A stretch of 64,000 bases of DNA, from contig JAGVER010000005.1 of assembly GCA_020058085.1 (NCBI GenBank), positions 2,743-66,742 of the forward strand. The letters run 5' to 3'. This document shows, in pieces, positions 34,234 to 43,733 of the stretch. The stretch is from Candidatus Omnitrophota bacterium (GTDB taxonomy: Bacteria > Omnitrophota > Gorgyraeia > Gygaellales > Profunditerraquicolaceae). Position 1 is the stretch's first letter; every line of letters begins with the position of its first letter. The notes under the pieces were generated by a model. That model was given only the letters and a program-made list of their open reading frames with translations. It ran no database searches and had not been told where the DNA came from. A program made the translations under genes and the position numbers.

Positions 34234-35321
34234 AGAAGTCCCACGAATATTATATGAATTTGGCGATGAAGCTTGCTTTAAGGGCTAAGGGGAAGACATA
34301 TCCTAATCCTATGGTCGGCGCTTTGGTTGTTAAGGGCGACAGGATTTTAGGCAGAGGTTTTCATGCAAAAGCCGGTTTGCCTCACGCGGAGATTATAGCC
34401 TTAGATGAAGCTGGCAAGAATTCTAAGGGAGCAACTCTTTATGTAACTTTGGAACCTTGCGTGCATTTTGGCAGGACTGCGCCTTGCGTGGATAGAATTA
34501 TTAGCAGCCGGATTAAGGAAGTCATTGTAGGTATGATTGATCCTAATCCAATAAATAACGGTAAAGGTATCGCTATCTTAAAGCAGCGTGGGATTAAGGT
34601 TAGCGTAGGGATTTTAGAGGGTAAATTGAAGCGGATGAACGAAGTTTTTATAAAGTATATCTCTAAAAGGATGCCATTTATTACGGTAAAAGTTGCGGAA
34701 TCTCTAGATGGCCGTATTGCCACTAGGACAGGGGATTCTAAATGGATTACCTCGGATAAATCACGAGGTTTTGCGCATCGCATTCGGCAGGATTTTGACG
34801 CAATTATGGTTGGTGTGAATACGGTATTAAGGGATAATCCTAAATTAGACGCGTGGTTTACTAAGAAGCAGCCAGTTAAGATAATTGTAGATAGTCAATT
34901 AAGCACGCCTCAAAGCTCGAATGTTTTTTCTCATGGCGCAGCAGTAATAATTGTAACATTACCTACCAAATCAGGACAGGAGACTGAGAATAGGAAGATT
35001 TTGGTTGATAAAGCTAAGGTTTTAGAAGTTAAAGAAAAAGATGGGCAGATTAATTTAAAAGATATGTTTAAAAAGTTATTTCAGATGGGCATAAGAAGCA
35101 TATTGGTTGAAGGCGGGGGGACATTAAACGGATCTTTGTTTGACGACGGGCTTGTAGATAAGGTAATGTTTTTTATAAGCCCTAGAATCATCGGCGGGAA
35201 AGAAGCGATTGGTTCAGTGATGGGGCAGGGGATAGCGCGTGTTGAACGCTCTGTCAGGATAAAAGATTTGAGGTTAAGGCGCTTCGGCGAAGATATTTTA
35301 GTGGAAGGTTACGTAAAATAA
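34230..35321 (+). CDS. ribD: Bifunctional diaminohydroxyphosphoribosylaminopyrimidine deaminase / 5-amino-6-(5-phosphoribosylamino)uracil reductase
   Basis: HAEIIAL and LEPCVHFGRTAPC (deaminase), plus a C-terminal reductase domain. Confidence 0.93.
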   Translation: MKKSHEYYMNLAMKLALRAKGKTYPNPMVGALVVKGDRILGRGFHAKAGLPHAEIIALDEAGKNSKGATLYVTLEPCVHFGRTAPCVDRIISSRIKEVIVGMIDPNPINNGKGIAILKQRGIKVSVGILEGKLKRMNEVFIKYISKRMPFITVKVAESLDGRIATRTGDSKWITSDKSRGFAHRIRQDFDAIMVGVNTVLRDNPKLDAWFTKKQPVKIIVDSQLSTPQSSNVFSHGAAVIIVTLPTKSGQETENRKILVDKAKVLEVKEKDGQINLKDMFKKLFQMGIRSILVEGGGTLNGSLFDDGLVDKVMFFISPRIIGGKEAIGSVMGQGIARVERSVRIKDLRLRRFGEDILVEGYVK

Positions 35322-35322
35322 T

Positions 35323-35898
35323 ATGTTTACCGGTATAATTGAAGAATTAGGGATAGTTAAGAGAATATCGCGTTCTGGCAATTTTATTCTTCTTGAGATC
35401 TCTGCTCTCAAGGTTACCGAGGCTGTTAAGATAGGGGATAGCATATCTGTGAATGGAGTTTGTCTTACAGTAGTTAAGTCTGGAAATAGTTCAATTAGTT
35501 TTGAGGTAATGGCTGAGACATTTAAAATAACTAACTTAGGTGTTTTAAGGATTAATGAAAAGGTTAACCTTGAAAGCAGCCTAAAAGTAGGGGATAGGCT
35601 ATCCGGACATTTTGTCCTAGGCCATATTGATTGTTTAGGGATAATCCGTAAGAAAGGGATAGTTTCAGGAAACCTAGCGTTCGAAATAACTATACCAGAC
35701 GGGTTTACTAAATATTGCCTGCCTAAAGGTTCAGTTGCTGTCGATGGAATTAGCCTGACTATTCAAGAGAAAAAGTTCGGTTCTTTTAGTGTCTACATTA
35801 TTCCGCATACACTTAAGAATACTACTTTAAGTTTTAAGGGCCCATCTGATAAAGTTAATATTGAATTTGATATGCTCGCCAAAAAAGCTGTATCATGA
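35323..35898 (+). CDS. ribE: Riboflavin synthase alpha chain
   Basis: MFTGIIEELG start and duplicated lumazine-binding barrels (GDSISVNGVCLTV / GSVAVDGISLTI). Confidence 0.93.
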   Translation: MFTGIIEELGIVKRISRSGNFILLEISALKVTEAVKIGDSISVNGVCLTVVKSGNSSISFEVMAETFKITNLGVLRINEKVNLESSLKVGDRLSGHFVLGHIDCLGIIRKKGIVSGNLAFEITIPDGFTKYCLPKGSVAVDGISLTIQEKKFGSFSVYIIPHTLKNTTLSFKGPSDKVNIEFDMLAKKAVS

Positions 35899-35918
35899 GT
35901 TATGTTAACCTGTAGTTA

Positions 35919-35947
35919 TTGCCAACCTCGATAATTTCTGGTATACT
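35919..35947 (+). promoter_or_regulatory. Sigma70-type promoter upstream of tRNA-Pro
   Basis: TTGCCA (35919-24), 17-nt spacer, TATACT (35942-47). Confidence 0.5.
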
Positions 35948-36007
35948 AATAAAATAATAATTTAGGTATTACACGCAAGGATTTCGCCACGGTGCCAAAA
36001 AGATTAA

Positions 36008-36081
36008 CGGGGCGTGGCTCAGTTTGGTAGAGCGCTTGGTTCGGGACCAAGAGGCCGACAGTTCGAATCTGTCCGCCCCGA
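36008..36081 (+). tRNA. tRNA-Pro (anticodon CGG), CCA not encoded
   Basis: Acceptor stem cggggcg/cgccccg, D-arm gctcagtttggtagagc, anticodon stem cttgg/ccaag with loop ttCGGga, T-arm gacag-ttcgaat-ctgtc. Confidence 0.9.
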
Positions 36082-36086
36082 TAACT

Positions 36087-36359
36087 ATGAAAAAGCTCGT
36101 TCATGTTTATTATTTTGGCAGGGTGCAGGGAGTAGGATTTAGATTTACTGCTCAACGTATTGCCGAAGAGCTTGGTCTTTGTGGTTGGGTTAGTAATCTT
36201 GACGACGGGAGTGTTGAGATATGCGCTGAAGGAGATGAAGGCGTATTAAATGATTTTCTTACGCAGATTAACAGTGCTTTTAACAGCTATATTAAGGATA
36301 AGCAAGTAAACTGGAAGCCTGCTGCAGGCGAGTTCCGTGATTTTAGCATAAAGTTTTAA
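36087..36359 (+). CDS. acyP: Acylphosphatase
   Basis: The ATG at 36087 lies just after the t[17 protein letters not shown] and [13 protein letters not shown] motifs. The ORF-track start at 36024 would overlap the tRNA. Confidence 0.85.
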   Translation: MKKLVHVYYFGRVQGVGFRFTAQRIAEELGLCGWVSNLDDGSVEICAEGDEGVLNDFLTQINSAFNSYIKDKQVNWKPAAGEFRDFSIKF

Positions 36360-38351
36360 ATGCAAGATATTAAAAAAACCATAGAATCCCTAAGAGAAGA
36401 GATTCGCCAGCACGACTACCTTTATTATATTTTAAGCCAACCTAAAGTCTCCGATAAAGAATACGATTTATTGCTCTCTAAACTAAAGAAATTGGAGGAT
36501 GGATTTCCTAAGCTTAAATCCGACGATTCTCCTACTGTGCGCGTATCCGGTGGAATCTCAGAAGGTTTTAGTACGGTCAAGCATAGGGAGAAAATGCTTT
36601 CTCTTGAAAATACCTATTCTTTTGAAGAGTTAAAAGAGTGGGATGCGCGGGTACTCAAGGGTTTAGGCAAGAGTAAAAAAATAGAATATGTTCTTGAGCT
36701 TAAAATTGACGGGGTAAGCGCAAACCTAAGTTACAAGCAAGGCAAATTTGTTATTGGAGCAACTAGGGGGGACGGCGAGAGAGGTGAAGACGTTACACAG
36801 AATTTAAAAGCAATCAGAGCGATACCTCTAAAGTTATTAGGAAAAAATATCCCCGCGTTTATTGAAATACGCGGTGAAGTCTATATGGAAAGGGCTGATT
36901 TTATTAAGTTAAATGAGGAGAGGGAGGATGAGGGAGAAGTTTCGTTTGCTAACCCTCGTAATGCTACAAGTGGTTCTTTAAAGCTTCTTGATTCCGGGCT
37001 TACCTATAAACGTAGGCTCAATTTCTTCGCGCATTCTTTAGGTGAGCTTAAGGGTTTAGAGATTAAGACTCACTGGGATTTCTTGAGCTTATTAAAAGAG
37101 TGGGGGGTGCGCGGAAATATGCACGCTAAACTTTGCCGTAATTTAAATGAAGTAATTGAGTATTGCAATTTCTGGGAGAAGAAACGAGAAAAGCTAACTT
37201 ATGATATAGATGGAATAGTAGTAAAGGTTAATGAGATTACGCAGGAGAAGAGTTTAGGAGCTACCTTAAAGAGCCCGCGCTGGGCAGTGGCTTATAAATT
37301 TCCCGCGCGCCAGGCGACTACTGAAGTTTTAAAGATAAATGTTAATGTTGGCAGAACCGGAGTGATAACTCCGGCTGCAGAGCTTGCACCCGTAGAATGC
37401 GCAGGGGTAATTATTAGCCACGCGACCCTACATAATTTTGACGAGATAAAACGCCTGAATATAAGAGTAGGCGATCGTGTGCTCATTGAACGCGCAGGTG
37501 AGGTTATCCCAAAGGTAATTAAGGTGGTGGAGCCCCGAGGTAAGGAAGAATTTAAGATTCCCAAGAGTTGTCCGGCGTGCCAAGGGCGCGTAGTTAAAGA
37601 GAAGAAAGAAGATGTGGCTTACCGCTGTATTAATCCTTTTTGTCCGGCGCAGCTCGAAAGAGGGATATTTCATTTTGCATCACGCGCGGCTATGGATATC
37701 GAGGGTTTAGGAGAATCAGCCATAGCACAACTGGTCAAACTAAGATTGGTAAAGAACTTTGCAGATATTTATAAATTAAGGCAGGCGGATCTAGAAAAGT
37801 TGGATCTATTTAAAGAGAAAAAGATAGATAATTTACTTACGGCAATTCAAAAAAGCAAGACCCGTCCCTTATCTCGGCTTATTTATGCTTTAGGTATTCG
37901 TCATGCAGGAGAGAAAGCTTCTTTTGTTTTGGCTAAAAAGTTTAAGTCGCTGGATAATTTATTAAAGGCTAAAAAAGAGGACTTAGAGAAAATATACGAG
38001 GTGGGCCCGGTTATTGCTGATTCAGTTATAGGTTATTTTTCTCAGAGTCAGACTAAGCAGATGATTAGAACTTTAAAAGAAATGGGTTTAAATTTTAATG
38101 AAGAATTCGCTCCTCTTAGGGATACGGATTTGGCCGGTAAGTCAGTAGTTTTTACCGGAGAGTTGAAAGATTATAGCCGTCTTCAAGCTGAAGAATTAGT
38201 GCGTAACCTCGGAGGAAATTCGTCTTCATCGGTTAGCAAGAATACGGATTTTTTAGTGGCAGGAGATAGCCCCGGGTCTAAATTTGAAAAAGCAAAAAAG
38301 TTAAGCGTGAAGATTATTGACGAAAGAAAATTTAAGGAGATAATCAGATGA
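36360..38351 (+). CDS. ligA: NAD-dependent DNA ligase
   Basis: Adenylation motif ELKIDGVS, Zn finger CPACQG...C..C, HhH and BRCT domains. Confidence 0.95.
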   Translation: MQDIKKTIESLREEIRQHDYLYYILSQPKVSDKEYDLLLSKLKKLEDGFPKLKSDDSPTVRVSGGISEGFSTVKHREKMLSLENTYSFEELKEWDARVLKGLGKSKKIEYVLELKIDGVSANLSYKQGKFVIGATRGDGERGEDVTQNLKAIRAIPLKLLGKNIPAFIEIRGEVYMERADFIKLNEEREDEGEVSFANPRNATSGSLKLLDSGLTYKRRLNFFAHSLGELKGLEIKTHWDFLSLLKEWGVRGNMHAKLCRNLNEVIEYCNFWEKKREKLTYDIDGIVVKVNEITQEKSLGATLKSPRWAVAYKFPARQATTEVLKINVNVGRTGVITPAAELAPVECAGVIISHATLHNFDEIKRLNIRVGDRVLIERAGEVIPKVIKVVEPRGKEEFKIPKSCPACQGRVVKEKKEDVAYRCINPFCPAQLERGIFHFASRAAMDIEGLGESAIAQLVKLRLVKNFADIYKLRQADLEKLDLFKEKKIDNLLTAIQKSKTRPLSRLIYALGIRHAGEKASFVLAKKFKSLDNLLKAKKEDLEKIYEVGPVIADSVIGYFSQSQTKQMIRTLKEMGLNFNEEFAPLRDTDLAGKSVVFTGELKDYSRLQAEELVRNLGGNSSSSVSKNTDFLVAGDSPGSKFEKAKKLSVKIIDERKFKEIIR

Positions 38352-38842
38352 TGCGCAAGTCGTTTATTTATATTCTCGGATTAATCATGTTAATGAATTT
38401 AGTGGGTTGCGAAGCATTCGTGCGCAAGTTTACCCGCAAATCTAAAAAGGAGAAGGCTCCGGAAGAGATGGTCATTGCCCCTGAAGAGTGGAAGGGGCCA
38501 AAAATGACTAAGGAGCAGATGTATAGGCAATATTATACCTTTTGGAAATCTTGGCAGGATGAATTAATTAGCGCCTTATCGCAGAGTAGCGTGTCTTTAA
38601 AGAAAAAGAATGATTGCGCAGAACAGGCAGTTAAGAATCTTTTAGGGATGAGGACGATGTTAAATGAGACCGAGCAAAAACAATTGGATGTTTATCTGAA
38701 GCAGATGACTGATTTAAAGAACGCAATCAAGTCCGATATCTATGGAGCGTCCAATAATTCTAACCGTCAGGATGCCGAAAGAGTAAGAAGGAACATACTC
38801 CAGAGGTATTCTTACAGCGATATTAAGGATGATCTAAAATGA
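38348..38842 (+). CDS. Hypothetical lipoprotein
   Basis: Lipobox LMNLVGC. Confidence 0.55.
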   Translation: MMRKSFIYILGLIMLMNLVGCEAFVRKFTRKSKKEKAPEEMVIAPEEWKGPKMTKEQMYRQYYTFWKSWQDELISALSQSSVSLKKKNDCAEQAVKNLLGMRTMLNETEQKQLDVYLKQMTDLKNAIKSDIYGASNNSNRQDAERVRRNILQRYSYSDIKDDLK

Positions 38843-39450
38843 TTCTGGAGACAGTTTCTGTAGGGGCAATGGGAGTAAATTGTTATATACTTGCCTCAAA
38901 AGAAGGCTCTAAGGCTATTATTATTGATCCCGGAGATCAGGAACGTAAGATTCGGCAAGTATTAGATAAACATAAATTAGTGCCGGGTTTTATTATTAAT
39001 ACCCATGGACATTATGATCATATCGGGGCAGATGATAAATTTAATGTGCTAGTATATGCGCATAAGCTCGAAGTACCTTTATTAAAAGAGCCGATGCTTA
39101 ATCTCTCCGGTTTGTTTTCTCTGCCCTATCAAGTCAAATCAGAGGTTAAGTCTTTAGAAGATGGAGAAAGAGTCACTTTGGATGATATTCAGTTAAAGGT
39201 GATACATACTCCCGGGCATACTCGTGGAGGAATAACCTTATTATTAGAAAAGCCAGTAGATAAAGTTGCTTTTACCGGGGATACATTATTTTGTCAGGGG
39301 ATCGGCAGGTCGGATTTATCCGGAGGAGATGAAGAGTTGTTAATTAAATCCATAAAAGAGAAGCTCTTTACCTTACCTTCTGAAACTAAGATCTATCCCG
39401 GGCATGGAGCGTCTTCTACGATAGGAGAAGAGAAGAATAATTTAAGATGA
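38839..39450 (+). CDS. MBL-fold metallo-hydrolase
   Basis: NTHGHYDHIG motif, later HTPGHT and GD..F. Confidence 0.85.
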   Translation: MILETVSVGAMGVNCYILASKEGSKAIIIDPGDQERKIRQVLDKHKLVPGFIINTHGHYDHIGADDKFNVLVYAHKLEVPLLKEPMLNLSGLFSLPYQVKSEVKSLEDGERVTLDDIQLKVIHTPGHTRGGITLLLEKPVDKVAFTGDTLFCQGIGRSDLSGGDEELLIKSIKEKLFTLPSETKIYPGHGASSTIGEEKNNLR

Positions 39451-40334
39451 AGGAATTAATTGATACATTTCTTAATTATCTTTCAGTTGAGCGGGGTTTA
39501 GCCAATAATACGATTATTGCCTACCGTGAAGATTTAAATAATTATTTAGGTTTTATTGAGAAGAGCCATATCGAAGTTTTATCAAAAATATCTAAAGACA
39601 ATATTACAGGTTTTATGCTTAGCCAGCGGGATAGCGGGATTGCTCCTAATTCAGTAGCGAGAAGGCTTGCGGCAATCAGGATGTTTCACAGATTCTTGGC
39701 TCGCGAGAGGATCTTAAAATCTGACCCTAGCACCCTGATTGATTCGCCAAAATTATGGAAGAGGGTCCCGGATACACTTACAGTTAATGAGGTTGAGGCT
39801 TTAATCGCCCAACCAAATGTGCATGATACGCAAGGAACAAGAGACAAGGCAATATTAGAGACGCTTTATGCCACAGGGATGCGTGTTTCCGAAGCAGTAA
39901 ACCTAAAAAAAGACAATACGAACTTGGATATCGGGTTTTTGCGTTGTATCGGCAAGGGGAATAAAGAGAGGATTATTCCTTTGGGAAAGAAGGCCATCGT
40001 CAGCATAAATAGGTATCTTCAAGTCTCTCGGCCCAAGCTTCTTAAAGATAAAGAATCCGAATTCTTATTTGTAAGCCGTTTTGGTAAAAAGATCTCACGC
40101 CAATCATTTTGGAAGATTATTAAAAAATACGCGAAACTTGCGCGCATTAAGAAGCCGATTAAGCCGCATACCTTAAGGCATTCTTTTGCCACGCACCTAT
40201 TAGAGCATGGAGCGGATCTGCGTTCTGTTCAGGAGATGCTCGGGCATTCGGATATCTCTACGACCCAGATTTATACGCATATAAATAAAGATAGATTAAA
40301 GAGCGTGCATAAACAATTTCACCCAAGGCCGTAA
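39447..40334 (+). CDS. xerD: Tyrosine site-specific recombinase XerD/XerC
   Basis: C-terminal catalytic region HTLRHSFATHLLEHGADLRSVQEMLGHSDISTTQIYTH. Confidence 0.85.
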   Translation: MKELIDTFLNYLSVERGLANNTIIAYREDLNNYLGFIEKSHIEVLSKISKDNITGFMLSQRDSGIAPNSVARRLAAIRMFHRFLARERILKSDPSTLIDSPKLWKRVPDTLTVNEVEALIAQPNVHDTQGTRDKAILETLYATGMRVSEAVNLKKDNTNLDIGFLRCIGKGNKERIIPLGKKAIVSINRYLQVSRPKLLKDKESEFLFVSRFGKKISRQSFWKIIKKYAKLARIKKPIKPHTLRHSFATHLLEHGADLRSVQEMLGHSDISTTQIYTHINKDRLKSVHKQFHPRP

Positions 40335-40335
40335 A

Positions 40336-41649
40336 ATGGAAAAACTTTTAAGTAAAATACCGGAAGAATTAAGAAGCCTAATAAGCAAGTTGCGTGAACA
40401 AGCCTTAGCGCAAGATTTAAAGGTATATCTTGTGGGCGGATTTGTGCGCGATCTTATCCTAGGGGTTAAGAATCTTGATTTAGATATTGTGGTAGAAGGT
40501 GATGGGATAAAATTTGCCGAGGATTTTGTTAAGCCACAAGAGGGCAAGATTATTGTGCATAAACATTTCGGCACAGCTACGGTTTTTCTGGAAAAAATAT
40601 TTAAAGTAGATTTCTCAAGCGCAAGAAAAGAGATCTACCCTAAGCCTGCACACTTGCCAATAGTCTCACCTGGATCATTAAAGGATGATTTATTCCGCCG
40701 TGACTTTACTATTAATGCTATGGCGATAAGTTTAGCCGAAGGAACAATTGTAGATTATTTTGACGGTCAAGACGATTTACGCAATAAGAAGATACGCATC
40801 CTGCATGATTTAAGCTTTATAGACGATCCTACGCGGGTATTAAGGGGGATACGTTTTGAGCAAAGATTTAATTTTAGTATAGAATCTAAGACGCTCAAAC
40901 TCCTTAAAGAAGCAGTAAAGCTTAGAATGCTAGAAAAGGTTCAGCCTCACCGCACACGTGATGATCTGATCCTAGCGTTGAAAGAAAATAATCCCATAGG
41001 TAATATTATTCGGATAAAACAACTCGTAGGTTTTAAGTTTATCCATCCCAAACTTCGTCTCTTCGCGAATAATTTTGCCTATTTAAGGTCTTTGGAAAAA
41101 GAGATTAAATGGTTTGATAAGAATTATCCCCAGCGCAGAGGATTGGATGTTTGGTTAATTTATCTTATAGGGCTAGTCGATTCTCTTAAGCCTCTAGCTA
41201 TCAGAAATATCTGTGATAGGTTTGGGCTACGTAAGGGCGAAGAAAAAAGGTTACTAGGTCCTAAGCAAGTTACACGCAGGTTTATCGTTGATTTAAGTAA
41301 TCCCAAGATTAAGCCAGCGAGAATATTTGCTTTATTAAATCCTTTAAGTTACGAAACGGTTATTGCCTTGAAGGCAAAATATAATAATCCCGTATTAAAG
41401 CGGCACATTGCTGATTTCTTGGAGATTTATAATGATATGTGTATCTTTGTTTCCGGGGATGATTTACATTGTCTGGGGCTCTCTCCCGGTCCAAGGTATC
41501 AGGAGATATTTACTCTGGTTTTAAATGCCAAGCTTAACGGTGAGGTTAAGAATAAAGAAGAAGAGTTGTCTCTAATCAAAGAGTTGTTAAACAAGAGGCA
41601 CCCAATTCTAAGAGGAGTGGCACCCAATTCTAAAGGCACCTTGCCCTAA
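40336..41649 (+). CDS. cca: tRNA nucleotidyltransferase / poly(A) polymerase family (CCA-adding enzyme)
   Basis: VGGFVRDLILG..NLDLDIVVEG and RRDFTINAMA motifs. Confidence 0.8.
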   Translation: MEKLLSKIPEELRSLISKLREQALAQDLKVYLVGGFVRDLILGVKNLDLDIVVEGDGIKFAEDFVKPQEGKIIVHKHFGTATVFLEKIFKVDFSSARKEIYPKPAHLPIVSPGSLKDDLFRRDFTINAMAISLAEGTIVDYFDGQDDLRNKKIRILHDLSFIDDPTRVLRGIRFEQRFNFSIESKTLKLLKEAVKLRMLEKVQPHRTRDDLILALKENNPIGNIIRIKQLVGFKFIHPKLRLFANNFAYLRSLEKEIKWFDKNYPQRRGLDVWLIYLIGLVDSLKPLAIRNICDRFGLRKGEEKRLLGPKQVTRRFIVDLSNPKIKPARIFALLNPLSYETVIALKAKYNNPVLKRHIADFLEIYNDMCIFVSGDDLHCLGLSPGPRYQEIFTLVLNAKLNGEVKNKEEELSLIKELLNKRHPILRGVAPNSKGTLP

Positions 41650-41716
41650 AGGATAAGCAAGTGTCCCGCCTTCTGCGGGAATGAATTGGTGCCCATAACC
41701 ATGGGAGTTAAATAAG

Positions 41717-42103
41717 ATGTCAAGACAGGAAAAGATAGCTGAAGCAATCAGGCAGGAAGCAAGTGTTATAATACATGATAAGCTCAAGGATCCGCGATTA
41801 GGGTTTGTAACTATTACCAATGTTGAGATAACCCATGACTTAAGATTCGCTAAGATATTCTTTAGCGTGTTAGGTAATGAAGTGGCTTATAAGAAGACTA
41901 AGGCGGCTTTAAATTCTTCTCTGGGATTTGTGCGCAAGCTGATCGCCCAGAGGTTATCCTTAAGATTCGCGCCGGAGATCGCTTTTTACGATGATAGGTC
42001 TACTGAATATAGCGTGCGTATCGAAGAGGTATTAAATTCGTTAAAGGAGAATGATGAACAAGCAAAACCTAAAAAAAGTCGCCGGAGCAATAAGAAAATA
42101 TAA
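41717..42103 (+). CDS. rbfA: Ribosome-binding factor A
   Basis: LKDPRLGFVTITNVEITHDLRFAKIFFSV. Confidence 0.92.
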   Translation: MSRQEKIAEAIRQEASVIIHDKLKDPRLGFVTITNVEITHDLRFAKIFFSVLGNEVAYKKTKAALNSSLGFVRKLIAQRLSLRFAPEIAFYDDRSTEYSVRIEEVLNSLKENDEQAKPKKSRRSNKKI

Positions 42104-43034
42104 CAGTTTTTTAATCACAGTTCATACTTCTCCCGAAGGTGATGCTATTGGTTCGGAATTAGCGTTTTATCATCTCTTAAGGAAGTTGAGAAAAACCGCG
42201 ATTGTTGTAAATGAAGACCCCACACCCGTAGAGTATGATTCTTTCCCTGAAAAAGAACGGATACAAGTCTATAAGCCCAATCTAAAAGATATTGATTTTG
42301 ACTGCATGGTTGTTTTGGATTGCTCTGATTTAATCCGCACAGGAGAGATTTATAAATTAAATAAAGATAATAAGCCTGTAATTAATATAGATCACCATAT
42401 AAGTAATAGTAACTTCGGCACTCTAAATTTAGTTGATGCAGGAGCATCTTCTGCCTCCGAATTAGTTTATAGTTTATATAAAAAGATGCATGTACCTTTT
42501 GATAAAGACTCTGCGTTTCTTTTATATGTCGGGATTATGACTGACACTGGCTCATTCCGTTATTCTAATACTACAAGTTATACACATAGAGCAGTAGCAG
42601 AGTTGATGTGTTTTGGATTTGATGTTCGGAAAACTTACAGTGATATCTACGAAAACATTCCTTTTGCAGATACGCAATTATTGATTAAGGCCCTTGCGCA
42701 TGTGCATCTTACGGCTAATGGCAGAATTGCTTGGGTTGAGCTTCCAGCTAAACTCTTAAGGCATAAAAAACTATCCTTTGATCTATCCGACCATATTTTA
42801 AGTTTTATCCGCTCAATAAAAAATACGCAGGTTGTCGTGCTCTTTAGGGAGAATCTGGGTACAAAGAAAGAGATTCGTTTTAATTTGAGATCTAGCGGTA
42901 TGGTTGATGTAAATAAAGTCGCGCAAGCATTTGGCGGTGGCGGACACAAAAGCGCCGCTGGCTGCACTACTCTTGGTAAGCTTTCAGAAGTCCGCCGTAA
43001 GGTTATTGCCAAGATTTGCGCGGATCTCAAATAG
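42051..43034 (+). CDS. nrnA: DHH-family phosphoesterase, NrnA-like (oligoribonuclease/pAp phosphatase)
   Basis: SPEGDAIGS, IDHH and GGGHKSAAG motifs. It overlaps the rbfA 3' end by 53 nt. Confidence 0.85.
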   Translation: MMNKQNLKKVAGAIRKYNSFLITVHTSPEGDAIGSELAFYHLLRKLRKTAIVVNEDPTPVEYDSFPEKERIQVYKPNLKDIDFDCMVVLDCSDLIRTGEIYKLNKDNKPVINIDHHISNSNFGTLNLVDAGASSASELVYSLYKKMHVPFDKDSAFLLYVGIMTDTGSFRYSNTTSYTHRAVAELMCFGFDVRKTYSDIYENIPFADTQLLIKALAHVHLTANGRIAWVELPAKLLRHKKLSFDLSDHILSFIRSIKNTQVVVLFRENLGTKKEIRFNLRSSGMVDVNKVAQAFGGGGHKSAAGCTTLGKLSEVRRKVIAKICADLK

Positions 43035-43052
43035 AGATTACCTTTATTTATT

Positions 43053-43721
43053 ATGCTTAACGACTATGTATTAAAGAATAGGAATAACCTTAACGCGAGA
43101 ATTATTCTTCTCGGGTTTTTTATTCTATTGAGTCCATTTCTCCATCCACAAGCGGCAATTCCCGCGGAGTATCCTTGGCAGCTTAGGTTAAATAAAGAGG
43201 AGATCTTAGTCTATACCCGCAGGGTTGAAGCTTCCCCGATTCTTGAGTTTAAAGCGAATATAATTGTGGATGAGCCGCTGGATAAAGTAGTTCGCTTCTT
43301 TGAAGACGAAAAAAATATGACTCAATGGTATTATCAATGTGTTCGGGCGGAACTTGTCCAGAAGGAGAGCGTAGGGAAAAAGATCTTTTATTTTGTTCTT
43401 CATCTACCTTGGCCGGTTACAGAACGTGATTGCGTTTTTAGCCAGATCAAGTCTATTAATCCTGATAATGGGGTGGTTAGTTATATTATTAGCGTGCTTC
43501 CCGAGAGGCTCCTAGAACAAAAAGGAAAGATCCGTGTACTTTCTCTTAACTCCATCTGGCGTTTTGTTCCCTTAAAAGATGGCCGGACGGAGGTTTATTT
43601 TCAACAACATAGCAATCCCGGAGGCAGCATTCCATCTTTTCTGATAAATAAGCTCTCCGTAGAAATTCCTTTCTATAGTCTTAAAAATCTAAGTAAGATG
43701 GTTAAGGATATAAAAGAATAG
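43053..43721 (+). CDS. START/SRPBCC lipid-binding domain protein with signal peptide
   Basis: N-terminal hydrophobic signal, ~200 aa domain with the START-like pattern (W..........F.....V......V......D...WD). Confidence 0.5.
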   Translation: MLNDYVLKNRNNLNARIILLGFFILLSPFLHPQAAIPAEYPWQLRLNKEEILVYTRRVEASPILEFKANIIVDEPLDKVVRFFEDEKNMTQWYYQCVRAELVQKESVGKKIFYFVLHLPWPVTERDCVFSQIKSINPDNGVVSYIISVLPERLLEQKGKIRVLSLNSIWRFVPLKDGRTEVYFQQHSNPGGSIPSFLINKLSVEIPFYSLKNLSKMVKDIKE

Positions 43722-43733
43722 GGGCTAAATTTT

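Noticed and set aside
36024-36086. ORF-track start of the acylphosphatase ORF at 36024
   Set aside because: This extension overlaps tRNA-Pro (36008-36081). The acylphosphatase domain starts at ATG 36087.
39447-40334. Tyrosine recombinase as a marker of an integrated mobile element
   Set aside because: The full XerC/D-type catalytic signature, the housekeeping neighbours and the lack of flanking repeats or att-like sites point to chromosome dimer resolution rather than an integrase.
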